A DNA stretch of 64,000 bases from Tubiluchus corallicola (GCA_030141605.1 JAQGDQ010000491.1:102249-166248), one strand, 5' to 3'; shown: positions 39,901-55,714, numbered from the stretch's first letter. Program-made: numbers and translations. The notes: a model not told the origin generated them from the letters alone.

Positions 39901-42204
39901 AAACAAATAAAACTGGGTACCGAAACTGAATAACGGGCAAAACGGTTTTATTACTGAAGTATAATTCAATTCAATTGATGCAATTACGTCCAAATACAGT
40001 TAAAAATCCTTTTTTTACTACTGCAGTCCACAGTAATAGATTGTAACCAGATAGATTTCCAGCTAAGAAACAGTGTCGTCTTCCTAGCTAGGAAAGAGCC
40101 TGTAAAAATAGGCCGTATACGCGATTGTGGATACTATAGAGACATGGCACACATGAATTACAATTTATATAACTCGTAAAAGCCTCTAAGCTTTCAGAAA
40201 AAAAGCAATAACGAAAGCTGGATTTTGGAAAAACGGCGCTATCTTACGGGACAACTGATATCTACATACTATTTGACAAAGTAATTTTTGTATGTATACA
40301 TTACATAAAGTAATACAGTGCTAGCTTATATTTATCACGGTGAATTTTCGCGATTTTTTCACAATAATGCACTTAGCAGGCTATGTTTATTACACCGAAA
40401 GCCGAAGGGTGCTCATTAGTATTAGATGGCTTTTGCATTTCAATGGGTGGTTTAGGCAAAACAGCACAAATTACAAAAAAAATAATAATTAGCAAGTTAA
40501 CAAGTAGTCTATGCTTTCCTATATAAGATTCAAACTTTAAAGAGAGAATTAAGAAACAATAGTGTAATAGCAAACATTTATTTAAATGTTATAAGTCAAA
40601 TGGAGAAAGTGACACCATCACGATATTACTCTATATAGTACGGCCCTATGAGCACACTTTCACGAAGGTTGCCCCCGGGTCTCATGAAATCGTCCACAAA
40701 ATGGAATCCGAAAAATAAGTGAAATGGTGTCGCTGACTGCTGCAAGTGTAAAACAGTCGCGATTTCAAACACTTGTTAAAACCGCATTCATAGGTAGTTT
40801 GACCTTGTAAAGGTAACATGACATGCGTGATTTTAAACTTGTATCTAACCGATTTTTAGATTAAATATCGAATGTTATAAAAGCCTTCTGACAAACTAAC
40901 TCATTGAAAATGTTTAGATGCTGTGTCTTAGAGAATAGATTACCCCCTGTTTAGACGACTTACATACAGATTAGTTTGCACAGATGAAATCTTATGTTGA
41001 TTGTTTCTTTGTTGCACTTTTGTTAATGTTGTTTTGTATATGTAAATATTGTAAACTATATACATTAGCATTACAATTTATCGTTTCTCTTTTTTGGCAG
41101 TTAGTAAACACAAGTAAGTACAGTGGTCTACATATAAACAAGTATTTCTTTTTATTCAAATTTTTCGGTTTTGGTCAATAAAGAAAAGGTAATTTAGGAA
41201 CCTCGGACATTCAGCGCTTTTCTCCCGTTAAAAGTATCAAATTTCCGCCCTTTCCTTACAAATGGGCTGAGGCATGGCTTAATCAATCATTGGCGTCAGT
41301 ATTGGGAATTTCCCTAGCAAAATGTAAAAACGTGTAAGTAATAAGAATTAATGACTCTTTAGTGCCTGTTATAGTGATTTTTTAATTTTATTTTTATTTT
41401 TATTTCAGTTTTAACTTTAATTTGCTGATACTGGGCCTATTACTAAATCTCGTATTTGATACACGAACTTGTTATAAACCATTCATTGCAAGAAAGTTCA
41501 AATAAATGTGTTTGATTTCTTAAGGAGAAATCTTGTCGTGAGGCGAGCTTGTTAAAAATATTAGCCACTAGGACTTCACGCTTGTTTTTTGGGACGCATA
41601 ATTTAAAGTGTTACGCGTAATCCTTAAATTTACCCGTAACAGGTTAAATTATGTATCCCAAAAAGTTTTATTCATACAGAACAAAATTTTGTCCACATTT
41701 GTATGCATATCAACAATATTTTTCTCAACTTAGAGAAGTTAAAGGCACCACAGTCACCACGAGAAATGCCTTAATTTTTATGCCTATTTTTCTTCAAATG
41801 GATTTCGCGTCAGATAAAAAGCATCTAAAGTTCCATCCACTGATTATTGAATTTGAACTCTAATATCGAGTGCCATTTCATCTCATTCAACACGATATTA
41901 GGCACTTGAGATTTCGCTCAGAGCTTGGTTTCAAAACTCACTGGCATCGACGGATAATCTCTTAATGGGGTAACGGATCAGTGACAAAGGCTGACTTTGC
42001 TGACATTAGAACCGCATCATCGGTGCGTCTTTAATCCAAAATGTCAACTGTCGCAATGCTCTTCACTGAGCTTGTGCGCTTCCGTGTCGGAAGAGTTCGA
42101 TAAAGAAAATATCTGCGTGGGGACAATGGCGGCAAAGCTGAGGTTTTGCGCAGTAAACTTCACATTGCAAAACAGTCACGTGATTTGACTTTGTGCTCAG
42201 CTTA

Positions 42205-42900
<696 letters not shown>

Positions 42901-45770
42901 CTGTTAAGCAATATTTTATCAGTGTCTTATTTTCTCTGGTAATGACCATGATGTGAACTGATTCATTCCTTAATTATTTTGCTCCAAACTTAAAAACCAC
43001 TAAAATCATAAATTTCACAACCAAAAGTTCATGCATTGTAATATCAGAATATGAAAATTCAGTTTTGTAGGGCACTCGTTTCTAATATTATTGCAGTGTA
43101 AACTTCGGTGCGTTTTTTGTGCCACCAGATATTAAACAATTATGTAAGTTGAAAACCTCGCATATAGCATATACATTTTCATCGTCTCAAAACGAATTAA
43201 TAAAAAAATTACATTAAAGAAAATGAATGATATACGAGGTTTTATCCATTGTTACAGGTTAGACATTATTTTTAGATGAAGAAGAAAAAAGAAATAAGAA
43301 AGAAAAAAGAAAATTATTTTAGGTGCAAATATAAATACAAACTAACTTGTGTTTTTTTTTCACTTAAACGTAAACCTAATGTTGGAATGTTTTACCTTTT
43401 ATATTGTGGGTATTTTTTGATATATGTACCTAGTCTTGTTATTAAGAATTATCTCTTTATCTCCATGTTACTATTAAAACCAAAATTTTCTTTATACTTA
43501 ACTCAAGATGCAGCAAGAACGTTTAAAAAATAAGCTTGGGTATTCCCTAAAGTATAAACTAAATTAAGCAACGGTTCTGGTTATTCTCAGGCCGAATATG
43601 TTTTGGGATAAAACGAATTATTTAAGAAAAACTACACGCACTATAGTAAATAAAACTCTCTATAACACGTCAGTCTCACTCACTTTCCAAAATAAAAAGT
43701 GTAAGGCAAAATTAAGATACCCTTTTATATAAAAAAAAGAAAATTGTGCCTTTATATTTCAGCAGCATCTTGTTTATTTATTTAACTGTCTGTCTATATC
43801 TAGTATTGCCGCTGCATTCATTTTTCTTTAGAAAACGTGATAGTAATAAGCAAACATTCTTTTCACTCATATAGGCCTGACCATTTTTTCATTTCGGGTT
43901 TTGAATCTTGTAATATATTGCGAACAACGTAAATCTACAAATTTTAGATAACACGTGTATTTGGATTACGCGTATTATTCTAAACTAAATTTCAGTATAA
44001 TCGGCGTGTAACACAGTTTAGTAAACATTCACATTTTGTCAAACTAATTTAACAACCCAAAAGCTCTCTAAAGCACAACCTACAACTTCACAACAGCACC
44101 CACTGAGCCCATGAGAGCATTGACATAATCACTGCAGTTTACTGTGAATAAGCCGCATATTACTCTCTCTAACAATTTAATCCAGCGCGGATTTTGGATG
44201 TTAATTTTTGATCACATCAGCGTCAACCTTTTCAAGGGATTTCATGAGGGTTTTGCTACTGCACCTGAGCTTTGCCGCCATTACAGGAGCAGGCTTCCGC
44301 TCCCGCTGTGGCGGCACCTTGTGGAATTAAATTCGCAGCGGCTACCAGTGGCGGTGCAAAAGATCTTTGCTAAGTAGTCTGTTTGGCTAAGTACTGCTCT
44401 GAAGGTAATAGCGAGACAGTGATTTAGATGGAAAAATTGATACGAGTGAAATGAATGAATGCCGAAATACTCTAGAGTCTTTAGTTGTTTAATATTCCAG
44501 TTGTTGGAATAGTTTAAGGTAATGGCGAACAAACACGTATTTTCCCTTTAGACCAGAATTTTGGTGAAATTCTGGCGACAGTTGACATTAAAACTGATAT
44601 TTAGTGTATCAACAAGTATTTATGTTTGTGCATACCGTGGAAAATACTGAAAAGTACGAAACAAAGATTATTCATGCTCAGGGCACTTCAGGTATACCGA
44701 CCTCAATTATTGTAGTAGTCGCAGTCATTCGATAAGATTAATTTACAACAAGTATAAACTCTGTTTCTACAATTTTTGCTTGGTCTTTCAAGTTTTTGGC
44801 CTTTTGCAACATTATGAAACTTTACGTCATCTCATGCACTCCAAACTCGGACTGCCCAGTTGACTAAGTCAATTTTTAAAATTTCGTAAAATATAAAATT
44901 AATGGATCATGCGCTCAAAATGCTAGAATGCCCATGTAAAGCAAATACCTAATAAATGTTGTAACGTTGTAATAAGGTGGTTCTCCCGAGGAATCTGGTG
45001 TTCGCGTTGATTTCGTAATTGTTTAAACGGTTTTGTTGGGCAATGTTTTGGGGCGGTACGTTAACTATTACTTAATGCTATCCGGGCTCTCCGTGGCAAC
45101 GGTGAATCCCGACAAAGAGCAACTGAACAAGATGAAGGAGGCAGAAGTGAAAAGATTAGCAGCGTATAATGAGGTACAAATCAGCTGCTTACAGACAGAT
45201 AATCATGTTCTAAGCCAGGATAATCGCATGATTGCAGCACGCTGGCATCAGCTTACAAACATATTAGGTAACCTGGGTAAGACACATTGTATACGTCAGT
45301 GATCCTTCATCGTTTCTGAATGGCATCTACATTCATCCTACTCAGTCTTTTCGCTAATACATTAAATAACTCCTACATGTCTCCTATGACTAAGGACTTG
45401 AAGTAAACGCTTACCTGGAGCCTTTGTATAAATGATCGCAATTAACTGCATAGTACATGCTACAATTCTGATATAAGAGACAGAACTCGTATGTGCTAAA
45501 CTGGCTAAACCCTAGAAGCATATTGTGCCAATACAACTTACTTAACACGGGACTGTCACCTTTTCCCATGAACACTTTGGGAGCTAATCGCTCAGGGAAA
45601 CTTCATTTGACTTGCGTATACGTTTGACACGACAAAAATTAGCAAGTTAGCGAGAGGAGTGTAAGACTACGTGTAAAATATTCAATATTGTTCAATATTT
45701 AACAGAAACAGCATTGCGTGTCCTTGAAAAGATATACATAATTTTATTTTCCCTCGCGCCCGCCATCTTA

Positions 45771-45970
45771 AGTGGCGTTTACGTAGCATCCGTATGCGCA
45801 TGCGTTTTTGGGCGTGCGAAATAAATCAAATCTGTTTATATCGTTGCTCCCTTTTATGCCACCAACGTATGTATTATTCCTTTTCTGCAGCTATTCCTAT
45901 TGATTTTTTTCCACAGTTTGTTTCGCAGGTGGAAAACGCGTCCGCATACGCATCCGTAAACGCCACGTTA
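45771..45970. mobile_element. Palindromic MITE family C (PIF/Harbinger-like)
   Basis: GTGGCGTTTACG...CGTAAACGCCAC inverted ends; a related copy is at 59045-59222. Confidence 0.75.
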
Positions 45971-46291
45971 GAACAGCATTTTTTCGCAAAGACCGTATGC
46001 AGACATCTTTAGATTTGTGGTTAGATATATAATTTTTAAGCGATATTCTTAATTTATTTATGTAAGTGACAGTTAAGTTAACAAAAATTTTATCACTAAA
46101 TTGTTATCTGGTTATTAATACCTTTTTGGATGTTATTATGTTAAACATTTTTAATCCCATTGCTGTTTATTTTGCGCTATACTTTAGCAAATTTTGTTAA
46201 CTAATATTTGTGTCGTTTGTAACGTTGCGCGTTGCACGTATCATTATTGTAAATGTAGACGTAATTTTGTTGGTCGTAATGACAATTAAAA

Positions 46292-46519
<228 letters not shown>

Positions 46520-48877
46520 ACGTTAGGATAGTGAGGAATGATTTAGTGAGAACTGTAATGCATACCTAGCATGCATTTAGAAAACACATGAGAAATTATC
46601 AACTCACTTAAGCGCTCTCACGTCCCTGATGGCGACAGCGGAGTGTAGGTGAACGAAGCCCAATATATTGCCGTGAAACTGCAAGTTCGTACGGTCAACC
46701 ATTAACTAACTAACTAACTAACTAACTATGTCACTTTTGGAGTGAAATTCAAATCATCAGTTGGTAGTCTAAGGTCACTATAAAGTCAAAATGATAGTAG
46801 CATCTATGCATAATAAGTTGGCTAATACCATGTTATAGTTTGTTTATAACTGAAAAGCTAAAATACTATACGTTATGGGCCACCGAATTATCATTTTGTA
46901 TTCGTCGATAGTGTCGTAAACAGTATTTCAACTTTTCAGTTTGAAAAATAAAGCATGACTCTTGATCAACAGTCTGAATGATCAGTGCTCTATACATGCT
47001 TTTATTACATGAACATTTCTTAAGTGCATTTGATCTTCTTTTTGAGGTGTGGGAACTTATTTCGTCCCTAGTTTGTTCTCTCTCATGGACCAGGCAACAG
47101 AACGTGATCTATCAGGCTATTGGTTTTAGCACAAAAATAAAAGTGTCATTCACTGTAAAAGCAATCGTTGCTTGAACTGCATAACGAGAGCATTCTTACT
47201 AATTAAAATCTGAAGCTTATACCTGTAAGCACATGTATTAGGTTACGTGGACCCTGGAGTTAAGACTAATACATACTGGTGGTTCCATCTGTCGATGGCC
47301 TGCGAAAGTACAGCAAGTGCTTTGACTCTCAATAGATGGCAGCAGCTGCTGATCAAGCAGTGTAACGTAAACACTTTTGCTGCAGTTTTCTTATTCCCTG
47401 GTTGATAAAGTACTATTATACATTTTTCTATTCGTCCATCTCAGCTTCTCATTATTGTGATGCCCTGATTATACGTAGGTCATAAGCATAAGGTATCTTT
47501 ATTTTTAGTCTAAAAATCGCTGACAGTTAAGTACGGCGCCCTATAAATAAGGTGCAACACGTTGTTCTGGGTTCGACTTGTGTTAAATAACACGAGTTAC
47601 AACTAGATTTTTGGAGTCGGGTCAAGGCTTTGTTATTTCACACGGAGCACATGTGAATTTTTATAGTCTATTTTTCTACAGACATGTAAAAGATCAGACG
47701 ACGACCATGACTTTACTTGATTTCAGCAATTTAACGACAGCATTGGCAACTTTTCTGTAGTGCGAGCAATATGGTGTGCATTTAGACGACTGTGCAAACA
47801 ATTATAAAATTTGATTAGTGATCGTGCTTCGATTAATTTTTTCTGGCAACTGGCTACGTCTCTGTTATCAAAGACTAATAACGCTGATCTAAACTTTTAT
47901 GAAAGTTTATTTATGACATGAACCCTTTTTATACAATAACCGGCAGTGTCGTTTGCCTGTGAAACCACCCACATAAACCACTAAAACAATAGTTATTCAA
48001 TTTTTTGTGTCTTACAATAATGCTATTATCTATTACTTGCTATTAAAATAGCTGATACGTGTAGTAGTTTTTCTGCGTATAATATATCGTTTTATTCACT
48101 ATCATTTGCGCTTGAGCTCATGTTTAGAAACGAAGGAGCAGAGAGTTTTTACAGGGGGCGATAATTACTTAATTGCCCTCCAAAAATTGCTCCAAACTTG
48201 TGTAAAGGTATTTCAAATTTCTTTTCTTCAACTGTCGCCAAACGCCATGGAGAATATTGAGACTTTTTTATGTTCTATCATACCACAGAAATTGTAAGTA
48301 TGCCAAATTCGACTTTCTCAATTTTCTTATGAAATCAACATTGTTTTAATCCATATTGCAATCCATAATTCGTGTGCGGCTTGGGTTATACGCAAATTAA
48401 TGTACGTTTGTCACTGTTCAGATGACCTGAGACAAGATGTCACATTCAAGATGAAGGTTTAATATCGGATAACTTTTAATATAAATTTATTACTCAGACG
48501 TGTCATTAAGAGGTTTTTCAGTTTTCTAACCTACGAGTATGTGATCCAAGTGAACTGCTCGCCTACAATAAATTAATTCACGTCGGATTTAAGCCTCCAA
48601 CCAGTGACAGTCTGGTTATTTATAAATTTAAAAAACATTAACAGGACGCCTCCTCAGTGTCCTTCAAAGTCAAAGAAATCTTTAACGGGTAAAGTCTCTA
48701 ATGAAAGAAAACATTTCTTTGTTTATATAGAATCAAAATCTCGAACCTTCTAATAAGACGCTTGTTGTTAAAACGTTTTGCGGCCCAACCGAATGGTTTC
48801 ATCTTATTTCTGTGTGACATTTTGTAAGTTACTTGTGTTATTACGTACGCTGGTTTGATTCAGGTCAGTCGACTTAA

Positions 48878-49630
48878 AGGAAAAATCAACCTTCGAACAA
48901 CATGAATATACAATTAAAAATATTGAAATCAACACACAATATATGCCTATAGATTGTTTTGCTTAAAAATATAAAAGAAATTTAAATATTTTTTAAATTC
49001 CGCAAAACGAACGTCGCTAATGGTATAATTGAAAAGAAATGAGGCAAGCTGGTGTCTGCTGAGCAGCGTGGATGCCGTGGAGGCACGCTGTGTGAATTTA
49101 CGCTTTGCAAAATTTCTATAATTCACTCAGAAGTTCCGTTATTTTAGCATTCTATTTAACTGTGTTTATGCAAAAGCCAGTCATTGGATCAATTATGACC
49201 AAGTTTAAAGTGGTTGCTTAGCTACAAGATTGTAAGTAAAACTTGTAAACAGTATACATTAATTGTATATATATATTGTATTAATTGTCTGTCACATATA
49301 TATATATATATATATTTATTTAATTTACCGACTTTTGTTGACTTTCAGATACCCATGTAAGTACCGGGCGGGTTACTTGGTTTATAGAGTTCCCTCTATA
49401 AGACAAAAAAGACCGCCGAAGCACCTGGCGGAATAAGTGTTTATATTGCACGGAAAACCGGATGACGCCATTTTTCTAAAAGAGTGCGCCTAAGTGTGAA
49501 GTGATCGCGGTTTTAAATTGATTTTACTAATTACATAAGGGGCCTATCACAATTTTATTGTTGAAACTTGCTAACGTTTTTCTCAAATATTAGGATAACC
49601 CCCAACTTCCCGAGAGACTTGGCTTTTGCT
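48878..49630. mobile_element. Probable TTAA-flanked (Kolobok-like) non-autonomous element
   Basis: TTAA|AGGAAAAATCAACC ... TTGGCTTTTGCT|TTAA imperfect TIRs. Confidence 0.5.
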
Positions 49631-51133
49631 TTAATGAAATGCTAACTTGTCATAAATTATTACTGAACTGCTTGTAAATAATAACGGACGTTCAAACAAA
49701 CAGAAAATATTTCCACATAATTAATTTATTTACGGTCGAATAACATCAAAGAAATAAATATAGTTTTCGTTACATTTGTACATATCTTCGCATTAAATTG
49801 AAGCTATAATAGTGTAGTTACACGTGGATACATAATGCAGTGAACTTATTATTAGAAACGGAAATGTTAAATAACAATTCAAGCAATAAAATAACTCAGA
49901 GGAATGCATTGTAGAAGGGCAACTTGATGGATGACTGCATCAAACCATTTGAAGACTAATTTGTTAGATGCGCCGTCTCATCAATCATTTGAATGACTAG
50001 TTAAGTGCATTAAAAACAAAAACACAAAAACAATGAACCATAGCGACTTGTAACAGCTAATACTGGAATGTGAAACTGTATAAATTATATCACAACGAAC
50101 ATGTTTCCTTGTTCTCTTTAAGTTAATTAATAGACATAAATAAATTAATTAATAAATAAATTATAATTTTTTTCATTTTGTTCATCACTTAAGACACTAT
50201 AAAGTTACAGTAAACAAAACAAATATTCGTTTAATTTTAGTAAAAAATTCATGCTGACTGGTCACACAATGATGTTAATAAGCAAAATACGGTTGGACTA
50301 GCAAATTTGACAAGTTACAACAACTATAAGTTATTAACAACCTTTTTGTCATTGTTCAAGAAACAAAGACATAGAGAAACGAAATACTTATAATGTGTGT
50401 TGGCGGTTTCGCAACTTTAATGCTGTTTATGTTCGCAATAAGCCTTTTCATAGTCTCGTTGTGCGCACGCGCAGTTGCTGTAGGTTAAACATTAAGTGCA
50501 CCACAGCAACGCGTCTTAACTACAATCGTCACGTGACATGTGGGTAACGCAAATCATTAGTACAGTACTTCAGGTGTTTTACGTGGACTTTACTTAATTA
50601 TGTATTAGTCTGTGTGTAGAATGGTTTACTAGCAGGTTCTTGCGTGGGAACAAGAAAAATGAACTAGGTAAAGATCTAGCTACTTGTTAAAACGTATACT
50701 ATTACATTAGCGTGGACTGCGTGACATTGTCAAGTGTACACAAACGCGTTGTCTGGTACATTTAACGTTTGACCTTTTAACGATCATCATCAATCGTTGG
50801 AACTGTGAAAAGGCTTATTATTATTATAGCAATTTTAATTTTTTGCAGTCAGCTTTTAAGTTGTTAAATGAATGAATTAGACTAGATTCTTAAATGACCG
50901 AAAAACGTTAATAACTATTTCGCTGGCTTACACACTTGCTAGGTAGCAACATGCTGAATTTCATGCTTTCGTGTATTCATAAGTGAAAACTTGTATAATT
51001 TGATGTAATACACTTCAAAACTTTTGTAACAAATAAATAGTTTGTAAGAATTGTCTGTCTTTTAATCTATTCACAATGTTCTGTTTCACATACAGTTACA
51101 TATCTATTAAAGTACAAAGTTAACTTAAGCAGA

Positions 51134-54124
51134 TTAGTAATGTGAGGCTCCGTGTCCATGTCCATGTCCACTACCGTCCACGTCATCCAGCCACGATCCA
51201 GGACTGTGTGGAAAATCTGGATAACTTTGACAACTACCGTCTGATCCAGGACCATTGACCGGTCGCATGGGTCCTGTTTCTTGGACTGATCCAGGGCCTA
51301 AGTGCAGCATGCTCCCCTCCAAATAGTTTATTGGACCCTGAAAAAATGAAACAAATAATAATTAAGGTAATTCATAGGAAATTATGAAACAATGCATCAC
51401 TCGTGACGTGTTTTGCAGCTATGACTAACAACAATTAGTGTATAATATAAAGTAGTGTAGTTCATTGTAATTTTATTAATGTATAGAGTAGTATAGTGTA
51501 GTGTAGCGAAGCATAGGGTAGCATAGAGTAGGGTAGCGTAGTGTAGTGTAGTGTAGTGTAGTGTAGCGTAGCATAGGGTAGGGTAGGGTAGCGAAGCATA
51601 GGGTAGCATAGGGTAGGGTAGCGTAGTGTAGTGTAACATAGTGTAACATAGCATAGTGTAGTGTAGTGTAGTGTAGTGTAGCGTAGCATAGGGTAGGGTA
51701 GTGTAGTGTAGTGTAGTGTAGCATAGCGTAGCATAGGGTAGGGTAGTGTAGTGTAGTGTAGTGTAGTATAGCATAGTGTAGTGTAGTGTAGTGTAGTGTA
51801 GTGTAGTGTAGTGTAGTGTAGTGTAGTGTAGCGTAGTGTAGTGCAGTGCAGTGTAGTGTAGTGTAGTGTAGTGTAGCATAGGGTAGGGTAGCGTAGTGTA
51901 GTGCAGTGCAGTGTAGGGTAGTGTAGTGTAGTGTAGTATAGCATAGTGTAGTGTAGTGTAGTGTAGTGTAGTGTAGTGTAGTATAGCATAGTGTAGTGTA
52001 GTGTAGTGTAGTGTAGTGTAGTGTAGTGTAGTGTAGCGTAGTGTAGTATAGCATAGTGTAGTGTAGTGTAGTATAGTGTAGTGTAGTGTAGTGTAGTGTA
52101 GTGTAGAGGTAGTGTAGTGTAGTGTAGTGTAGTGTAGTGTAGTGTAGTGTAGTGTAGTGTAGTGTAGTGTAGTGTAGTGTAGTGTAGTGTAGTGTAGTGT
52201 AGTGCAGTGCAGTGTAGTGTAGTGTAGTGTAGCATAGGGTAGGGTAGCGTAGTGTAGTGTAGTATAGCATACTGTAGTGTAGTGTAGGGTAGTGTAGTGT
52301 AGTGTAGTGTAGTGTAGTGTAGTGTAGTGTAGTGTAGTGTAGTGTAGTGTAGTGTAGTGTAGTGTAGTGTAGTGTAGTGTAGTGCAGTGTAGTGTAGTGT
52401 AGTGTAGTGTAGTGTAGTGTAGTGTAGTGTAGTGTAGTGTAGTGTAGTGTAGTGTAGTGTAGTGTACAACACAAAGTTACGATATCAGAATTAGATATAC
52501 GAGACATTAAATTGTGCAATTCTTCTCTCATTGAACAACATTGATGTGAAACGAAGTACGAAATAAAGCAGAATAACACAACATTATCAACAACTTTTAC
52601 TTACCGGCACTTGAGAAAGGGGCGGCATGTTAGGAGAGTGATTCCCGAGGTAAGGATGGCCACCAGCAATGCCACCATAAAACGAGCCATTGGGCAACGG
52701 CAATGGTCCAGACGGCGCATGTCCCATGTTTGGCTCCTGGTCAATAATTTGATCATGAGGTGGTAAAGGGCTTCCATATCCATCTCGTATATCATGGCTA
52801 CTTTCGCTGACGCTTACAACTGAATAAAATTAATTAATTAATATGTGAATTAAAATAAAAATGTAGAATATGAGGTTCTTATATTCATATTTATAAATTA
52901 AGTGAGCTAGCGAATAGGATACTTTGACTACGAAACGCGCTAACAAATATTTTCGTATTTTTGCCAATATGTGGCGCTAAAATGCAATAGCAGCTTTCAG
53001 ACGATTGGCGAACGTTACCAAAACTGTTAACGCATACACTGGATCATGTATGTGTAAGTTAATCACGCTGGCCAGCGAGCCAGCCAATTGCAAACTTCCC
53101 CGGTAGCCCAGTAATCGGCCAAGTCAGTCAGTCAGTCAGTCTGTTAGTCACTCGGATAGTCAGTCAGCATTTATAAATCATTACCTCAATTTTTCACACG
53201 ACTTATCAATCAACTGGCAAAGTTGCAACAACCGCGCATCTGTCCAGCCAGCCAGCCAGCCAGTCAACCAAATAACCATGCAACAATGCAACAGCCTGTT
53301 TTTGTTGGTTACAACTTGGTATCTATTCATTGCTTATCACTGCTATCAACAATAGCTAACGTTTAGGTTGCAATGTTAAAACTCAGGTTCCCCAGAAACC
53401 AATCAACTAATCAGTTAGTTAACTAACCACCAACCAATCAAGAACAAGAACTAAAAACAAACAAACCGACCGACAGACTAACTAACCAACTAACCAGTCA
53501 ACCTATAACCAACCATCAACCAACCAGCTAATCAAGCTGCCGACTACCCATCCATCCATCCATCCATTAATCCATCCATCCATCCATCCATCCATTCATC
53601 CATCCATCCATCCATCCATCCATTCATCCATCCATCCATCCATCCATCCATCCATCCAGGCGCATTCATACCTGATTGGCTTCAGATATATGATGGAAAT
53701 GTATGTACATCCCCTATGTACAGCTTATCAATACTCACCATCATCATAATCCTCGCTTTCGCTATCCAGTCCACCGTGTGATTTACAATCATCTCTGTCT
53801 GAGCGTGCATTACGTTTATGAGATTTAATACTCCGGAAATATTGACCCCATCTTGCCCTACCTGCGTCTTTCTTTAACCGTTTCTCTTTTGCTCTTCTAT
53901 TTTGAAACCACACCTAAGTTTGGAAAAAATAATCAACTTTCACATTTTAGATAAAGTATTCACAAAGTGAGGAACAGCATATTTTAAATCCAGCGTGATA
54001 TAACGTAAGTATAATGACGGTCGTAGCGAAAGTGGTGGTGGTGATGATCATGATAACGATGAGGATGATGAAGACGTTGACAAGAAAAATAGCGATAACA
54101 ATAATAATAGTGGTAATAATAATA

Positions 54125-54159
<35 letters not shown>

Positions 54160-54226
54160 AATGATAATGATAATGATGATACTGATACTGATACTGATAC
54201 TGATACTGATACTGATAATGATAATC

Positions 54227-54308
<82 letters not shown>

Positions 54309-55670
54309 CAACAATAATAATAATAATAATAATAATAACAACAACAATAATAATAATAATAATAATAATAATTAGCATTGAGTATACAGATTATTCTTAA
54401 ATGCTTATTGAGCGACAATCGTTTCGGCTATTGAAACCATTATCAAACTGTAAATCAAGCCAAAAAGAAGAGTAAATAATACATTAATGATGCAAAGGCA
54501 CAAACTGAAACTACAAAACAATAGACATAAATAAACTCAATAGATATGCTGATTCTTAAAAGCTAGCTCTTTTGTGAATTCTTAAACGACTAAAGGTATA
54601 CTATCCATCCAAAATTAAAGTACCACATAATGACAAATAAATATTTTATTATACATATAAATTTTATGATTTTTACCTAGAAATACTGTAGTGCTCTGAA
54701 TTTTTTTGAAATAAAGCATAATAATTTAAAAGTTTGTATTAAATATTATATGAGATTAATTTCGACGAATGAAAAAACCTTTAAACGATATCTTTATTAT
54801 TGCTAAAATAATTTCGTTAAATGAAGTCACCTGTACAACCCGCATGTCAAGTCCAGTATCTTGACTCAGTTGTTCTCTAACATGACGGGCTGGCTTTGGA
54901 CTAGCATTATAAGCATTTTTTAACGTTTCCAGTTGTTTAGCTGTTATCGTGGTTCGAGGTCTTTTGTTTGTTGATTCGCTCTCTGCAGGTGACAGAGACA
55001 GTTCCGATTCTTCTGAAAAAATCAGATATTTTTAAAACATTTTCTTGATGTCTTTGCTACGAAAACGTATTAGGGCCATGATATCTGATTACGAAAAAAA
55101 TCTAGTTACAACGAGATTTTTTTAATAGTCGGACGGAAAACGAAGAAAATTAGTTATAACCAGATTTTCTAACAACCGGGTGCCAAAAATATGGTTATAG
55201 CCAGATTTTTTATAATCGGATATCATGGCCCTAATACGCTTTCGTAGACTAAGCATTGTCTATAATTTTGATTTTTTTGTTGTTGTAACCAAAATTGCCG
55301 CAACCAAACTTTAAAATGAAAAGATATAAAAATAGTTATTGCATACACCTTTTTAATCTCTTTAAAGCAGATTTGAGCAAATTTCAAATGTAATTTGAAG
55401 GTATGAAAAACTTTGGAGTTTAGAGATTCGATTTTTTTCTTTTGCGTTTTTTGTGGAAAAAAGTAACATAAACTTGATGCAAATTATGCTACAAAAGTGT
55501 TTTAACCTGACTAATAGTTTAGCTTTCGACAAACAAACTCTATCAATGAAAACATAAATTGCTCAAAGTACACCAAAATCAAAACAGTTAATCAGAAAAA
55601 ATGTGCAATATGCTTTTAAGCCAAATCTGATTATTCTAGGTAATAGTAAACTGATGATGATGATGATGAT

Positions 55671-55714
<44 letters not shown>

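Noticed and set aside
41740-42000. TTAAAGGCACCACAGTCACC start of another Kolobok-like element
   Set aside because: The matching right TIR and TTAA could not be identified convincingly.
51397-52579. Long HYTTL-repeat ORFs (160-367 aa)
   Set aside because: Stop-free translations of the pentamer satellite inside an Lhx3/4 intron.
52601-52795. 64-aa [13 protein letters not shown]...
   Set aside because: Alternative frame over a real Lhx3/4 exon; splice phases select the other frame.
53672-53725. Strong-looking donor CAG|GTATGA just downstream of the second homeobox exon
   Set aside because: Read-through hits TGA at 53728 and the gap is too short for a separate intron; the donor at 53739 gives the in-frame protein.
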